Source of the DNA: a virus
Length of the DNA stretch: 18,947 nt
Reading direction: 5' to 3' (one strand)
IMG/VR virus record: IMGVR_UViG_3300045988_012574
Coordinates: 1-18,947 of that record
Shown: piece after piece, positions 5,800 through 13,467 of the stretch
How positions within the stretch are numbered: the first letter of the stretch is position 1
Layout: the number at the start of each line of letters is the position of its first letter
Program-made: the position numbers and the translations under genes
Notes under the pieces: model-generated
What the model saw: only the letters and a program-made list of their open reading frames with translations
Told to the model about the DNA's origin: nothing
Databases searched by the model: none

Positions 5800-6427
5800 G
5801 ATCTTCTCTTTCTCTGATGTAGATGCAGTTCCCGCAAGAGTAAAAATCGGTCACCCCGTCCGTGACTATCGTTCCGGCTGGGGTGCGCCCCAGGCTCATG
5901 GAAAAATAAAACGGCAGAGCAAACCCCTTTAATGTCCCGGTGGCGGCATAGGAGAAATACAATGGTATCAGGATATTCGGCACGTCCCTCCCGACGGTGT
6001 CCTTCATAGCCATGTTGGATAGTGTCGGCTGAAGGCTGCTCGGGGCTAACGGTGTTCCCTGTTTTTTATCGTCCACCACCCACAGCAGCCCGAACGATTC
6101 AAGATAGTTGCGGGGGGTTTCCCCATTTACAAGCGAGTTGAGATATGCGATGTACGCGACTTTGAGTTGTTCACTCCACACGAGAATGACCTGATCCTCC
6201 AACGCGGTTGATGCTGGAGACGGTGAAATGTCGTTTATGGACAACACTGTTCCCCAGGGCAGCGTTGCCGTCACGTTCGTGCCGTCCGGATCCTTTTGCA
6301 CGTCGAAACCCGCTTGAGAGCATACTTCATCGAGCGCGATATTAAGCTGGGTTCTGAAGTCGCGGCCTTCGGAATCTTTCGACCCCCGAACGGTTGTCGA
6401 GCTTATCGTTTTTTTGATATCCATCAT
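5792..6427 (-). CDS. Hypothetical tail-module protein (211 aa)
   Basis: A long ORF on the coding strand with RBS aagaaaggg. It lies between the collar and fibre genes. I recognise no motif. Confidence 0.7.
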   Translation of the reverse strand: MMDIKKTISSTTVRGSKDSEGRDFRTQLNIALDEVCSQAGFDVQKDPDGTNVTATLPWGTVLSINDISPSPASTALEDQVILVWSEQLKVAYIAYLNSLVNGETPRNYLESFGLLWVVDDKKQGTPLAPSSLQPTLSNMAMKDTVGRDVPNILIPLYFSYAATGTLKGFALPFYFSMSLGRTPAGTIVTDGVTDFYSCGNCIYIREREDHE

Positions 6428-6439
6428 TACCCTTTCTTT

Positions 6440-7051
6440 TCATGGACGATGGAATATGTCGCTTGGGTCCCCCGGTGACGTGGCCCCGTCGACTGTGATA
6501 TATCCTTTTTCCGGTGTTTTCGGCGGCGGTGTCGGTCGCTGATTCTGAGGTCGGGGCGTTACCCGCGGTTCTTCGTTGCCGAAAATCTCACGGTTGCCTA
6601 CGACCGCCCATGTGATGCAGTCGTGTTCGGCCGCTTGCGCGGTGGTCATGGCGGCCATCTGGTCCACTCTGGCTCCGAACACGGCCAATTCGCGGTACAT
6701 GTCTCGGTTCGTGTTTTTCGAGTCCTCGTACTTGCCACGCGTCGGATTATAGGTCAAATCGGAGTCTTCATATTGTCCGACCTGCTTTCCCAGGTCATCA
6801 AGGGTTTCATTGATGCGCTCGAACTGTTCGTTGAAACCGGCTATCAGCTGTTTGATGGCTTCAACGTCCGCGTTCTCGTCCTTGGCGAGATTATCAAGCT
6901 GTTCCCTGAGTTGGTCGAGATGTTCGGCCACCTCCTGCACATACCCCAATACGGTCAACGTATCGCGGTATGAGAAGGGTTGTACCGTGGTGAAATACCG
7001 TTGTCGCGGGTCGATATCCAAGGGGGCGGCGCACATGTTGATCCCGTCCAT
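6440..7051 (-). CDS. Hypothetical tail-module protein with a coiled-coil segment and a proline-rich C-terminus (203 aa from the ATG at 7051)
   Basis: The ORF track starts at a TTG (7072). The ATG at 7051 is preceded by ggagg, so I prefer it. The central heptad-like region is LDQLREQLDNLAKDENADVEAIKQLIAGFNEQFERINETLDDL. Confidence 0.7.
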   Translation of the reverse strand: MDGINMCAAPLDIDPRQRYFTTVQPFSYRDTLTVLGYVQEVAEHLDQLREQLDNLAKDENADVEAIKQLIAGFNEQFERINETLDDLGKQVGQYEDSDLTYNPTRGKYEDSKNTNRDMYRELAVFGARVDQMAAMTTAQAAEHDCITWAVVGNREIFGNEEPRVTPRPQNQRPTPPPKTPEKGYITVDGATSPGDPSDIFHRP

Positions 7052-7084
7052 ATATCCTCCAATCTGTCTCAAGTCAAGTATACT

Positions 7085-7897
7085 CTAATGACCGAGATTA
7101 TAGGCGAGTGACGTGCTGTAGAGTTGTGGCACGTTGGTCATGTTGTCGCCACTGCCCCACATGCCCAAAAAGAGGTCTTCGAGCGAGTTGATGACCATCA
7201 TGTCGATATTAAGCATGGTGTTACGCCAGTCCTGCAAGAGCTGGGACTGTGAACCGCTGGTGCCGAGCGTATGCGACGTGCTGTTGCCTTTATCGGAGGA
7301 ATGCGAAAAGTCGGTGTTGCTGGTGCTGGATGCGGTGGCGGTACTGTCCTGCTGGGTTGCCGTATGCGTGTTGCCGGTTGAATCCGTCTGACTTGCGGTG
7401 GTGGCGTACTTGCGAAAATCGTCAATGCGAGTCTGCGGGAACTCGCTGTTGAACGTCATGCTGGAATTGTCGGCGGTGGTGTCGGACGTGCTGTTGGCAG
7501 TGGACGTATTGGACTGTTCCCCCGTGGATTTGCCGCTCGACTCGTTCGTACTGGTCGAATCCATTTCCTGCCGAACATCGGACGTGATGAACGGGTCGAA
7601 CTTGCGTTGCGCGGACAGATAGAGTTGGTTGAAATAGTCCATCTGCTCCCGCATGGTACGCCCCAAATAAAAGACGAACATTTGCGGCGTTTCGCTGCCG
7701 ATTTCACGCAGTGCGTAGTGTGCCACGATTTTCTCGTTCAATTTCGCCCTATAGTTTTCGTCGAAAATCGGATAATATTGAGCGCTCAAATGCAGTTTTT
7801 CGTCCGTGTCAAAACCGCGTGCGATCAGATTTCCAAGCGTCAAGGTATAATCCGCCATACTGTCTTTGATGGCATACATGCTCAAGTCCTGCACCAT
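7085..7897 (-). CDS. Lower collar protein (phi29 gp11-like)
   Basis: It sits immediately after the connector. The motif block YYPIFDENYRAKLNEKIVAHYALREIGSETPQMF...MDYFNQLY resembles what I remember of lower-collar proteins in small podoviruses. The C-terminal half is S/T-rich. Confidence 0.6.
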   Translation of the reverse strand: MVQDLSMYAIKDSMADYTLTLGNLIARGFDTDEKLHLSAQYYPIFDENYRAKLNEKIVAHYALREIGSETPQMFVFYLGRTMREQMDYFNQLYLSAQRKFDPFITSDVRQEMDSTSTNESSGKSTGEQSNTSTANSTSDTTADNSSMTFNSEFPQTRIDDFRKYATTASQTDSTGNTHTATQQDSTATASSTSNTDFSHSSDKGNSTSHTLGTSGSQSQLLQDWRNTMLNIDMMVINSLEDLFLGMWGSGDNMTNVPQLYSTSLAYNLGH

Positions 7898-7899
7898 AT

Positions 7900-8844
7900 T
7901 TATTCCTCTTCCTTGTTTCCGTCAACGTCCAGGAGTCCTCCCGAAGTGGTGTCGTTCCATTCGATACCGATCGGCTTCCCGGAGTCCGCCATTTGCGGCC
8001 ACAGTCGGTTGATCGTATCGCACGCCTGCTGACGTGCCTTCAAGTAGCTTAGGCGGAACACGTTCGTACGACTGTTGCCAGCCGTCACTTCCGACTCAAG
8101 CAGTCGTTCCTTTTTCTCGGTGGTCGAGTTGTCGATTCCCAGGTAGTTTACGAGTTCGTTCCACACTTGCGTTTTCGTGGTGATGATCTTGTCAGCAAGA
8201 AAAGGGGTGACGTTCGGGAAGGTTTGGAACATGCCGGTAATATCCGCACTGTCATATGTATAAATATACGGGTCGCCGTCTTCTCTCGCCTTCATCAGGT
8301 TTTGTGCGGTGAGTTTGTTGGTTTCGGACGTGGCGATGATCAACGGCACACTGATATTGTCAAGGTTCACGTCGAGCGCGCGGTCTGCGATAGCGAGTCG
8401 TGTGGCGTAATTCCACATGACGTCAATCATGGTGCAACGCAACTGGTTATCCCAGATGGGCACGCATTCCTTCGATCCTATTTGCGGGTGCGAGTAGTTC
8501 GTGGCTACGGGCTGAAAAAGCGTAGGATTGTTATAGTTGTTGACTCCGCCGATATTACCCGACGTGACCATAAAACGATGTACCCCCTTACGTTTGTCGG
8601 GGAAAAAGAGGGCCAAACCGTTCTCGAATAGAGTCAGTTCCAAATATCGTCCATCAATGTACGGGGGGAGGTTGATCCATTTGAACCGGCTCACTGCCAG
8701 CATTTCGATCAGTTTCATGTACTGGTTGATGCGCAATGATTGCCGCATTTCAGGCAGATTCAAGTTGCCCCACATTGAGCCGAGCACGCTCTGATTGTCC
8801 CAGTGCGCGGCCTTACGCGCATTATTGCGTTTGCTCATGGTCAC
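7900..8844 (-). CDS. Head-tail connector / portal (upper collar) protein, phi29 gp10-like
   Basis: The protein is 314 aa (gp10 is about 309 aa). [16 protein letters not shown] parallels [43 protein letters not shown] parallels [40 protein letters not shown] parallels SREEACEKINELY. The phi29 sequence is from memory. Confidence 0.88.
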   Translation of the reverse strand: [314 protein letters not shown]

Positions 8845-8850
8845 TGTCCT

Positions 8851-8890
8851 TAATATAAATAATGGAGAGAGGTTTTATGCTCTCCCCATT
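8851..8890 (-). terminator. Hairpin plus A/U-rich tail after the tail-knob gene (candidate attenuating terminator)
   Basis: An 11-bp stem spans 8861..8871 / 8880..8890. One position is G-U in the minus-strand RNA but A-C in the plus sense, so the structure favours the minus transcript. It is followed by auuuauauua. Confidence 0.45.
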
Positions 8891-8894
8891 ATAT

Positions 8895-11135
8895 CTAGTA
8901 TGCGATACCGCTGAGCGGCACGTTGTCCGCATAATCGGTGACGCCGATCTTATCGGGATCAGTCCACACCGTCACGCCCGATTCAAAAATTCCCTTCACC
9001 GTAAGCCGGTACTCTTCCGGGCACGTGCTCGAACGCACGTACAATTCGTGCAGTTTCCAATAGGTGAAATTGCTCATTGCCATGAGATTCCCCGGCAGCT
9101 TCATGAACCTTTGCACATAGTATCCGTACCTTAGCCACACTTCGCCAATGGAACGCATGGCTGCCGGTGGTATCTGCCGGAAGCGTACCATGACGCCGAC
9201 CAGTCCGTTCGCGAGATTGAACGCGTCACCGCCCAGTGCGCCGGACGTGGTGGGTGGTACGGTTTGCGTCTGCTGCACTTGCGCATTGATGCCGGCGATG
9301 GTGTTCTCGTAATCGCCTTGCGCCGTGGCCTGGGCGAGTTGCCGGTTCATGTCGGCAAACTGCATTGTCTGTTGATTGCTCAAGTTGGTTTGCGCGAGCG
9401 AGTAGGCGTTAGCCTGCGACGTTGAAGCGTTGTTGGTGGTTTGCGTGTTCGCCAATTGTTGGTTCGCCGTCGAAACATTGTTGTCGTAAGTCATCTGGTT
9501 TGTCCACGCGCCGATCGCGGTTCCTGCGACGGCTCCGACCACACCACCAACATTGCCGGTGGCAGCGGAACCGACTGCGTTGGCCACACCCGATCCGATG
9601 GTGTTGATCTGCGCCATCTGATTATTGAATCCAAGATTCTTCAACGTCAGATCGGTGCCCATCTGCGCGGCCTGGTTGCTGATCGCGTTCATGGCGTTGC
9701 GGTTCGACGTGCCGAGCCGGTTTTGGGCGCTTGCGTATTGCGTGCCGAGCTGGGCCTGAACGTAGGCGTTGTTAATGCCCATTTGCGTTTTCTGAAAACT
9801 CCAGTCCGCGCTTTGTTGGGCGTATTGGCGCGTGTACGCGCTGTTCGCAAGCGCCAAAGCCGAGCCGTCGTTGACCGTCATGAAGGTGGGGAAATTCGTG
9901 ATACCGAAGGATGCGTTGAGCATTTCGCCCGTATCGATGGGCAAACCGTGTCCGTTCGGCAATGGCTGACGTTCTCCCAGGTTTTCCGCATGATATCCGC
10001 GCGCGTAGAAATTCAGGCGCGGGGACGGTGGCGCGTAATTCCATGACTCACGGATAGTCAGATCAGCGCTTGGAATCTGTTCCGGCTCATATGTGATCAC
10101 GGTACCATTCAGGCACGAGCATTCGATATAGGCATATGGCGCAGTAAGGAACTTTTTCAGATACTTGTAGCGTTCGGGAAGATTAAAGGCGTCTCGGAAA
10201 TTCTTCAAGTTGACAATGTCCGCGTAGCGGGCGTTGCTATTGTCGTTCCTCTTGCGTAGTTCCCAACAATTGCCAATAAAACCGACAGAATGCCCGAAAA
10301 GTTCCGTCTTTTTCGGCTGACCATCCAACAACGTTTGCGGCAGATGCGGTACGGCGTAGATGCCGCAAATGCCTTGCGTGACCCATGGCGCGTTCGTGCC
10401 TTCGGTGAAGAATGTGACAATATCGGCGGGCGTATCCAAATAATACATGGATGTGCCATTAAGCTGACTTTCAAACGCGCTACCCGTGGCGGTGTTGACC
10501 ACCGGGTTCTCCTTGGTGCCCGTATCGGCTTCCAGATCGGTGGTGCTTACAATGATCAGCCCGTAGGATGTATGTTCCACGCCATCATGAGTGCCAATAT
10601 CCATGAGTGGCTTCCAAGCTTCGTTGGTGAGTACGGTGCATTTGCCGGTATCGAGTCCTTCGGGGAGGTCAAGATAGGTTTTACCCCAGTCCTTCCAGGC
10701 GTTCTCGTTCGCAATCCCCACATGGCCGCGTTCAACGTAGGCGTTACCCAATTTAATATCATGCTGGAATGACTGCCACACATCCAATTGGATGTTTAGC
10801 TGCGTGGTGTTGGCGTTGATATAGTCGCATGTCTGGATGAAATAATACCACGAACGCGGAGTGTCAAAGTCGTAATCGTTCGTCGCGATCAGATAATTGT
10901 ATTGGCACGCTTGGGCGAACGGCACCGGCAGTCGTACCGGCAACCCATATTTCGACATGGTGCAGTTTGTGAACTCGATGCCGTCCAGCCTGTTGAAATA
11001 CTCTTGCTGAGCCGGTCTGTCCCATTTGACTATATCCCTGTAGCCCATGTCCCACGGGACGTTGCAGAGTTTGAATCGTGTGTTTGGCGTCCATTTCGCA
11101 TAGCTGAAGTTTATAGGCAGATCGTTTGCGCTCAT
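8895..11135 (-). CDS. Tail knob / distal tube protein, phi29 gp9-like
   Basis: WYYFIQTCDYINANTTQLNIQLDVWQSFQHDIKLGNAYVERGHV parallels gp9 [45 protein letters not shown]. The C-terminal RYGYYVQR...GIFESGVTVWTD parallels KYGYKINR...IFDNGITLWHTD. A Gly/Ala/Val-rich loop is flanked by Q/N-rich segments. Confidence 0.85.
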   Translation of the reverse strand: MSANDLPINFSYAKWTPNTRFKLCNVPWDMGYRDIVKWDRPAQQEYFNRLDGIEFTNCTMSKYGLPVRLPVPFAQACQYNYLIATNDYDFDTPRSWYYFIQTCDYINANTTQLNIQLDVWQSFQHDIKLGNAYVERGHVGIANENAWKDWGKTYLDLPEGLDTGKCTVLTNEAWKPLMDIGTHDGVEHTSYGLIIVSTTDLEADTGTKENPVVNTATGSAFESQLNGTSMYYLDTPADIVTFFTEGTNAPWVTQGICGIYAVPHLPQTLLDGQPKKTELFGHSVGFIGNCWELRKRNDNSNARYADIVNLKNFRDAFNLPERYKYLKKFLTAPYAYIECSCLNGTVITYEPEQIPSADLTIRESWNYAPPSPRLNFYARGYHAENLGERQPLPNGHGLPIDTGEMLNASFGITNFPTFMTVNDGSALALANSAYTRQYAQQSADWSFQKTQMGINNAYVQAQLGTQYASAQNRLGTSNRNAMNAISNQAAQMGTDLTLKNLGFNNQMAQINTIGSGVANAVGSAATGNVGGVVGAVAGTAIGAWTNQMTYDNNVSTANQQLANTQTTNNASTSQANAYSLAQTNLSNQQTMQFADMNRQLAQATAQGDYENTIAGINAQVQQTQTVPPTTSGALGGDAFNLANGLVGVMVRFRQIPPAAMRSIGEVWLRYGYYVQRFMKLPGNLMAMSNFTYWKLHELYVRSSTCPEEYRLTVKGIFESGVTVWTDPDKIGVTDYADNVPLSGIAY

Positions 11136-11144
11136 AAAACCCTC

Positions 11145-11186
11145 CTAAAAATAATAGGTGTGGATAAAAGCCTATCCACACCTATT
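11145..11186 (-). terminator. Strong intrinsic terminator after the major capsid gene
   Basis: A 14-bp perfect stem aataggtgtggata / tatccacacctatt (11153..11186) has a 6-nt loop. On the minus strand auuuuuag follows, then the RBS aggaggg of the next gene. Confidence 0.8.
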
Positions 11187-11206
11187 TTAGCGGCTAGTCA
11201 TCATCG

Positions 11207-12922
11207 CTATGCGGTGACGGTGACCTTTGCCGTTCCGACAGCTCCCGCAAACTTGACAGTGACGTTGGCGTTGCCCTCTGCGGTTCCGGTCAGCACTCCG
11301 TTGGGGGTGATGGTCGCGTGGGCGTCCCCCGTCCACATGGCGAGATTGGTGACGTCTGCGGTGTTGCCGTCCGTCTTGGTGGCGATCGCCTTAAGAGCCA
11401 CATTGCCGTTCACTTTGACCGACTTTTCGCCCTGAATCTCAACGGACTCGATGGCACCGGCCTTCCAGCCACCGAGCCAAGTGCCGACAACAGGCACGGA
11501 CAGTGCGGCGGAAACGGTTTGGTCGATTTCAGGCGTTGCCGGATTGATGTAGGTTGCCTGGGCGGTGACCTTCAGCGTTTCGGCGGTTTCATCCAAACCA
11601 CAACGAAGGATACCGTCATTATCGATCGAGGTGAACTGGGAGGTGGCGCCCTCGACAGTATACTTGATGCCGGTTGGCTGGAATGTCGCCGTTTCCTTGT
11701 TGGCGCTCGTAATGGTGGACACCACCTGTACGAGATCGCCACGGGACACGTTCTGCGGAGTGATGGCGGGCTGACCGTATTTCTGCACGCGCAACTCGAA
11801 TACCGGCGTGGACGTGGTGAGCGTATCCGGCAGAGTCACGGACTCGTTGGAGCCTTTGCCCGTCCAGAACAGGATCGCGTTCGCGAAAGGGTTAGGGGTA
11901 ATGGAACCGCGATGCTTGTAGAAGATGTTGCGCGTGCCGTCAATCGGGTTCACGGGGCTATTGGTGGTTTCCAGCATTTCATCCCAGCAGAAGAAAAAGT
12001 CCTCCGTGGTGAGCACGGCCTGAACCTTGCCGCCCTGTCCGCCGATGCCGAACATATCCTCCGGGATCGGGATAATACGGTACGGAACGTTAACCTTGTC
12101 GATGTTGAACGCGGCGGCGAGTGCTTCGACGTTGAGCGCGGCAATCACCTGCGGAGTGGCGAACAGGATCGCCTCACTATCGCGCCATGGCGTAACCCAC
12201 GACATGGCGTTATATCGTGGCATGGCCGACATTGGAGACGCCTTAAGTTCGTTCGCCATCTGTTGAATGAGGCGCAACAGTCCCTTCGCGTCCGCTTCGG
12301 TCGAGTCGGCCTTGCCAACGTCGGGGGTGTGGACTCGGTAGAAACCGCCCTTGCGCGCGTATTCCGCGAAGGTCTGCGTCTTCATGAGATACATGTCGTT
12401 GCGGTCGGACAAGATCGGCGCGTTCATGATCTCGGAAATGTAGTCCGACATGCCGGACTCGCCGTCGAACGCGGTCAACAAGGCGTCTTCCGGGATGGTG
12501 ACCGGATAATAATGATCGAACGTGAGCGGGTGGAATACGGACGCGGTCGGGAGACTGTAGCGTCCGTAAACGTCGTCGCCCAAATATTCCTTGTTGAAAT
12601 TACGGGTGCGTGCCTTGACCAGGCCAACGGCGGCCTGTTCGTAGGTGGAGCCGTAGCGCTTCAAGGTGCGGGGGGAGCCGACAAGCTTGAGCGGGTCATC
12701 CCAGTCCGCGTGCTGGATATAGAGGCCGATGAGACGCTGAATGAGCACGCCGGTGAACTCGTCACGCAAGTACGGGAAATTACGCATGGTGTCCACCGCG
12801 TTGCGGATATTTCCCTGCGTTGCCGATGGAATACGGGTCTGGAACTGTGGTGAGGCGGCGTTGCGGACGGCATTGAAGATCTCAACGTCGCCTTTACCGG
12901 CCAATGGTCGAACATTAGACAT
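11207..12922 (-). CDS. Major capsid protein (phi29 gp8-like) with C-terminal Ig-like (BIG2-type) domains
   Basis: IFNAVRNAASPQFQTRIPSATQGN parallels gp8 [31 protein letters not shown]...YISEIMNA parallels DSLKTAF...FVSSIINA. ALAAAFNIDK parallels VLAKAFNMNR, and PFANAILF parallels RFANAVAF. The C-terminal VTNLAMWTGDAHATITPNGVLTGTAEGNANVTVKF is BIG2-like. Confidence 0.88.
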   Translation of the reverse strand: MSNVRPLAGKGDVEIFNAVRNAASPQFQTRIPSATQGNIRNAVDTMRNFPYLRDEFTGVLIQRLIGLYIQHADWDDPLKLVGSPRTLKRYGSTYEQAAVGLVKARTRNFNKEYLGDDVYGRYSLPTASVFHPLTFDHYYPVTIPEDALLTAFDGESGMSDYISEIMNAPILSDRNDMYLMKTQTFAEYARKGGFYRVHTPDVGKADSTEADAKGLLRLIQQMANELKASPMSAMPRYNAMSWVTPWRDSEAILFATPQVIAALNVEALAAAFNIDKVNVPYRIIPIPEDMFGIGGQGGKVQAVLTTEDFFFCWDEMLETTNSPVNPIDGTRNIFYKHRGSITPNPFANAILFWTGKGSNESVTLPDTLTTSTPVFELRVQKYGQPAITPQNVSRGDLVQVVSTITSANKETATFQPTGIKYTVEGATSQFTSIDNDGILRCGLDETAETLKVTAQATYINPATPEIDQTVSAALSVPVVGTWLGGWKAGAIESVEIQGEKSVKVNGNVALKAIATKTDGNTADVTNLAMWTGDAHATITPNGVLTGTAEGNANVTVKFAGAVGTAKVTVTA

Positions 12923-12943
12923 TATATATATCTCCTAACTATT

Positions 12944-13231
12944 TTAGTCGAACAAATCTTCGATGGACTCGGTGCCGTCATCGTCTCCGTCGCCGTCATT
13001 GTCGGACGGTGCGGGGTCATTGTAGCCGAGCGTGTCCATCATGGCCTTCAGTCCGGCCAATTCCTTTTCAATCGCGTCAAGGCGTGCGGAAACGTCCGGC
13101 TCCTGCTTCAGATCCGGTTCCGGCTCGGGTTCTTTCGGCTTTACTTCATCGTCCACGGTTTCAGTCTGCTGTTCCTCTTCAGTCGGCGGGGGAGTAGTGG
13201 TTTTCTCGCCGTCATTATCTGGGTCTGCCAT
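12944..13231 (-). CDS. Scaffolding protein candidate (95 aa, very acidic)
   Basis: It lies directly upstream of the capsid gene and is similar in size to phi29 gp7. The central helix is ARLDAIEKELAGLKAMMD. The C-terminal SIEDLFD resembles the gp7 C-terminal TIEDLEAK. The RBS is ggag. Confidence 0.6.
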   Translation of the reverse strand: MADPDNDGEKTTTPPPTEEEQQTETVDDEVKPKEPEPEPDLKQEPDVSARLDAIEKELAGLKAMMDTLGYNDPAPSDNDGDGDDDGTESIEDLFD

Positions 13232-13266
13232 ACAAACTCCTAACGATTGGCAATAGTTTCATAGAA

Positions 13267-13275
13267 ATTATATCA
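13267..13275 (-). promoter_or_regulatory. Extended -10 promoter TGaTATAAT for the structural (late) module
   Basis: The minus strand reads tgatataat at 13275..13267. It is intergenic, just downstream of the terminator at 13316..13283 and 36 nt upstream of the scaffold ATG at 13231. Confidence 0.6.
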
Positions 13276-13282
13276 TGTCGTA

Positions 13283-13316
13283 AGAAAATAAAATGACCCC
13301 GCAATCACGCGGGGTC
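13283..13316 (-). terminator. Intrinsic terminator ending the replication module / small-RNA interval
   Basis: The stem is gaccccgc / gcggggtc (13295..13302 / 13309..13316) with a 6-nt loop. On the minus strand it is followed by auuuuauuuucu. Confidence 0.8.
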
Positions 13317-13452
13317 GAAACGTCCTATGTGAGCGCGAGTTGAAGATCGTAGGGCACTACCGCCACGGTAGTGATGTTCATGATCGGCGGCATTCTCAGC
13401 CGTGGCAGTCCGACCCATGTTGCTCCCAGTCGAAAATCGACGCTCAGAAGAC
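13285..13452 (-). ncRNA. Candidate ~165-nt structured small RNA with its own promoter and terminator (possible pRNA analogue). The alternative reading is a 37-aa micro-ORF at 13305..13418.
   Basis: The interval is bounded by TGcTATAAT (13467..13459) and the terminator (13316..13283). Several helices can be drawn by hand (see finding). No convincing long ORF is present. The 113-aa track ORF here overlaps the polymerase out of frame. Confidence 0.4.
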
Positions 13453-13458
13453 ACAAGT

Positions 13459-13467
13459 ATTATAGCA
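13459..13467 (-). promoter_or_regulatory. Extended -10 box TGcTATAAT overlapping the polymerase stop codon
   Basis: The minus strand reads tgctataat at 13467..13459. The polymerase TAA stop (13462..13460) lies inside the -10 hexamer. Confidence 0.5.

Noticed and set aside
8888-8893. TATAAT on the minus strand right after the tail-knob stop codon
   Set aside because: It has no TG at -15/-14 (the sequence reads aga) and no -35. The hexamer lies inside the 5' arm of the hairpin at 8861..8890. It is more likely part of the terminator than a promoter.
11318-12853. 511-aa plus-strand ORF antisense to the capsid gene. Similar long antisense ORFs occur at 9441..10046, 15922..16599, 16829..17353, 5079..5576 and 7607..8032.
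   Set aside because: These are shadow ORFs opposite well-supported genes. They are Arg/Gly/Val/His-rich, have no RBS and show no recognisable motifs. The minus-strand partners carry clear phi29-like motifs.
13317-13459. Possible tRNA in the structured interval after the polymerase
   Set aside because: No T-loop consensus (GTTCRANYC) is visible. I could not draw cloverleaf spacing or an acceptor stem on either strand. The stems fit a larger multi-helix RNA better.
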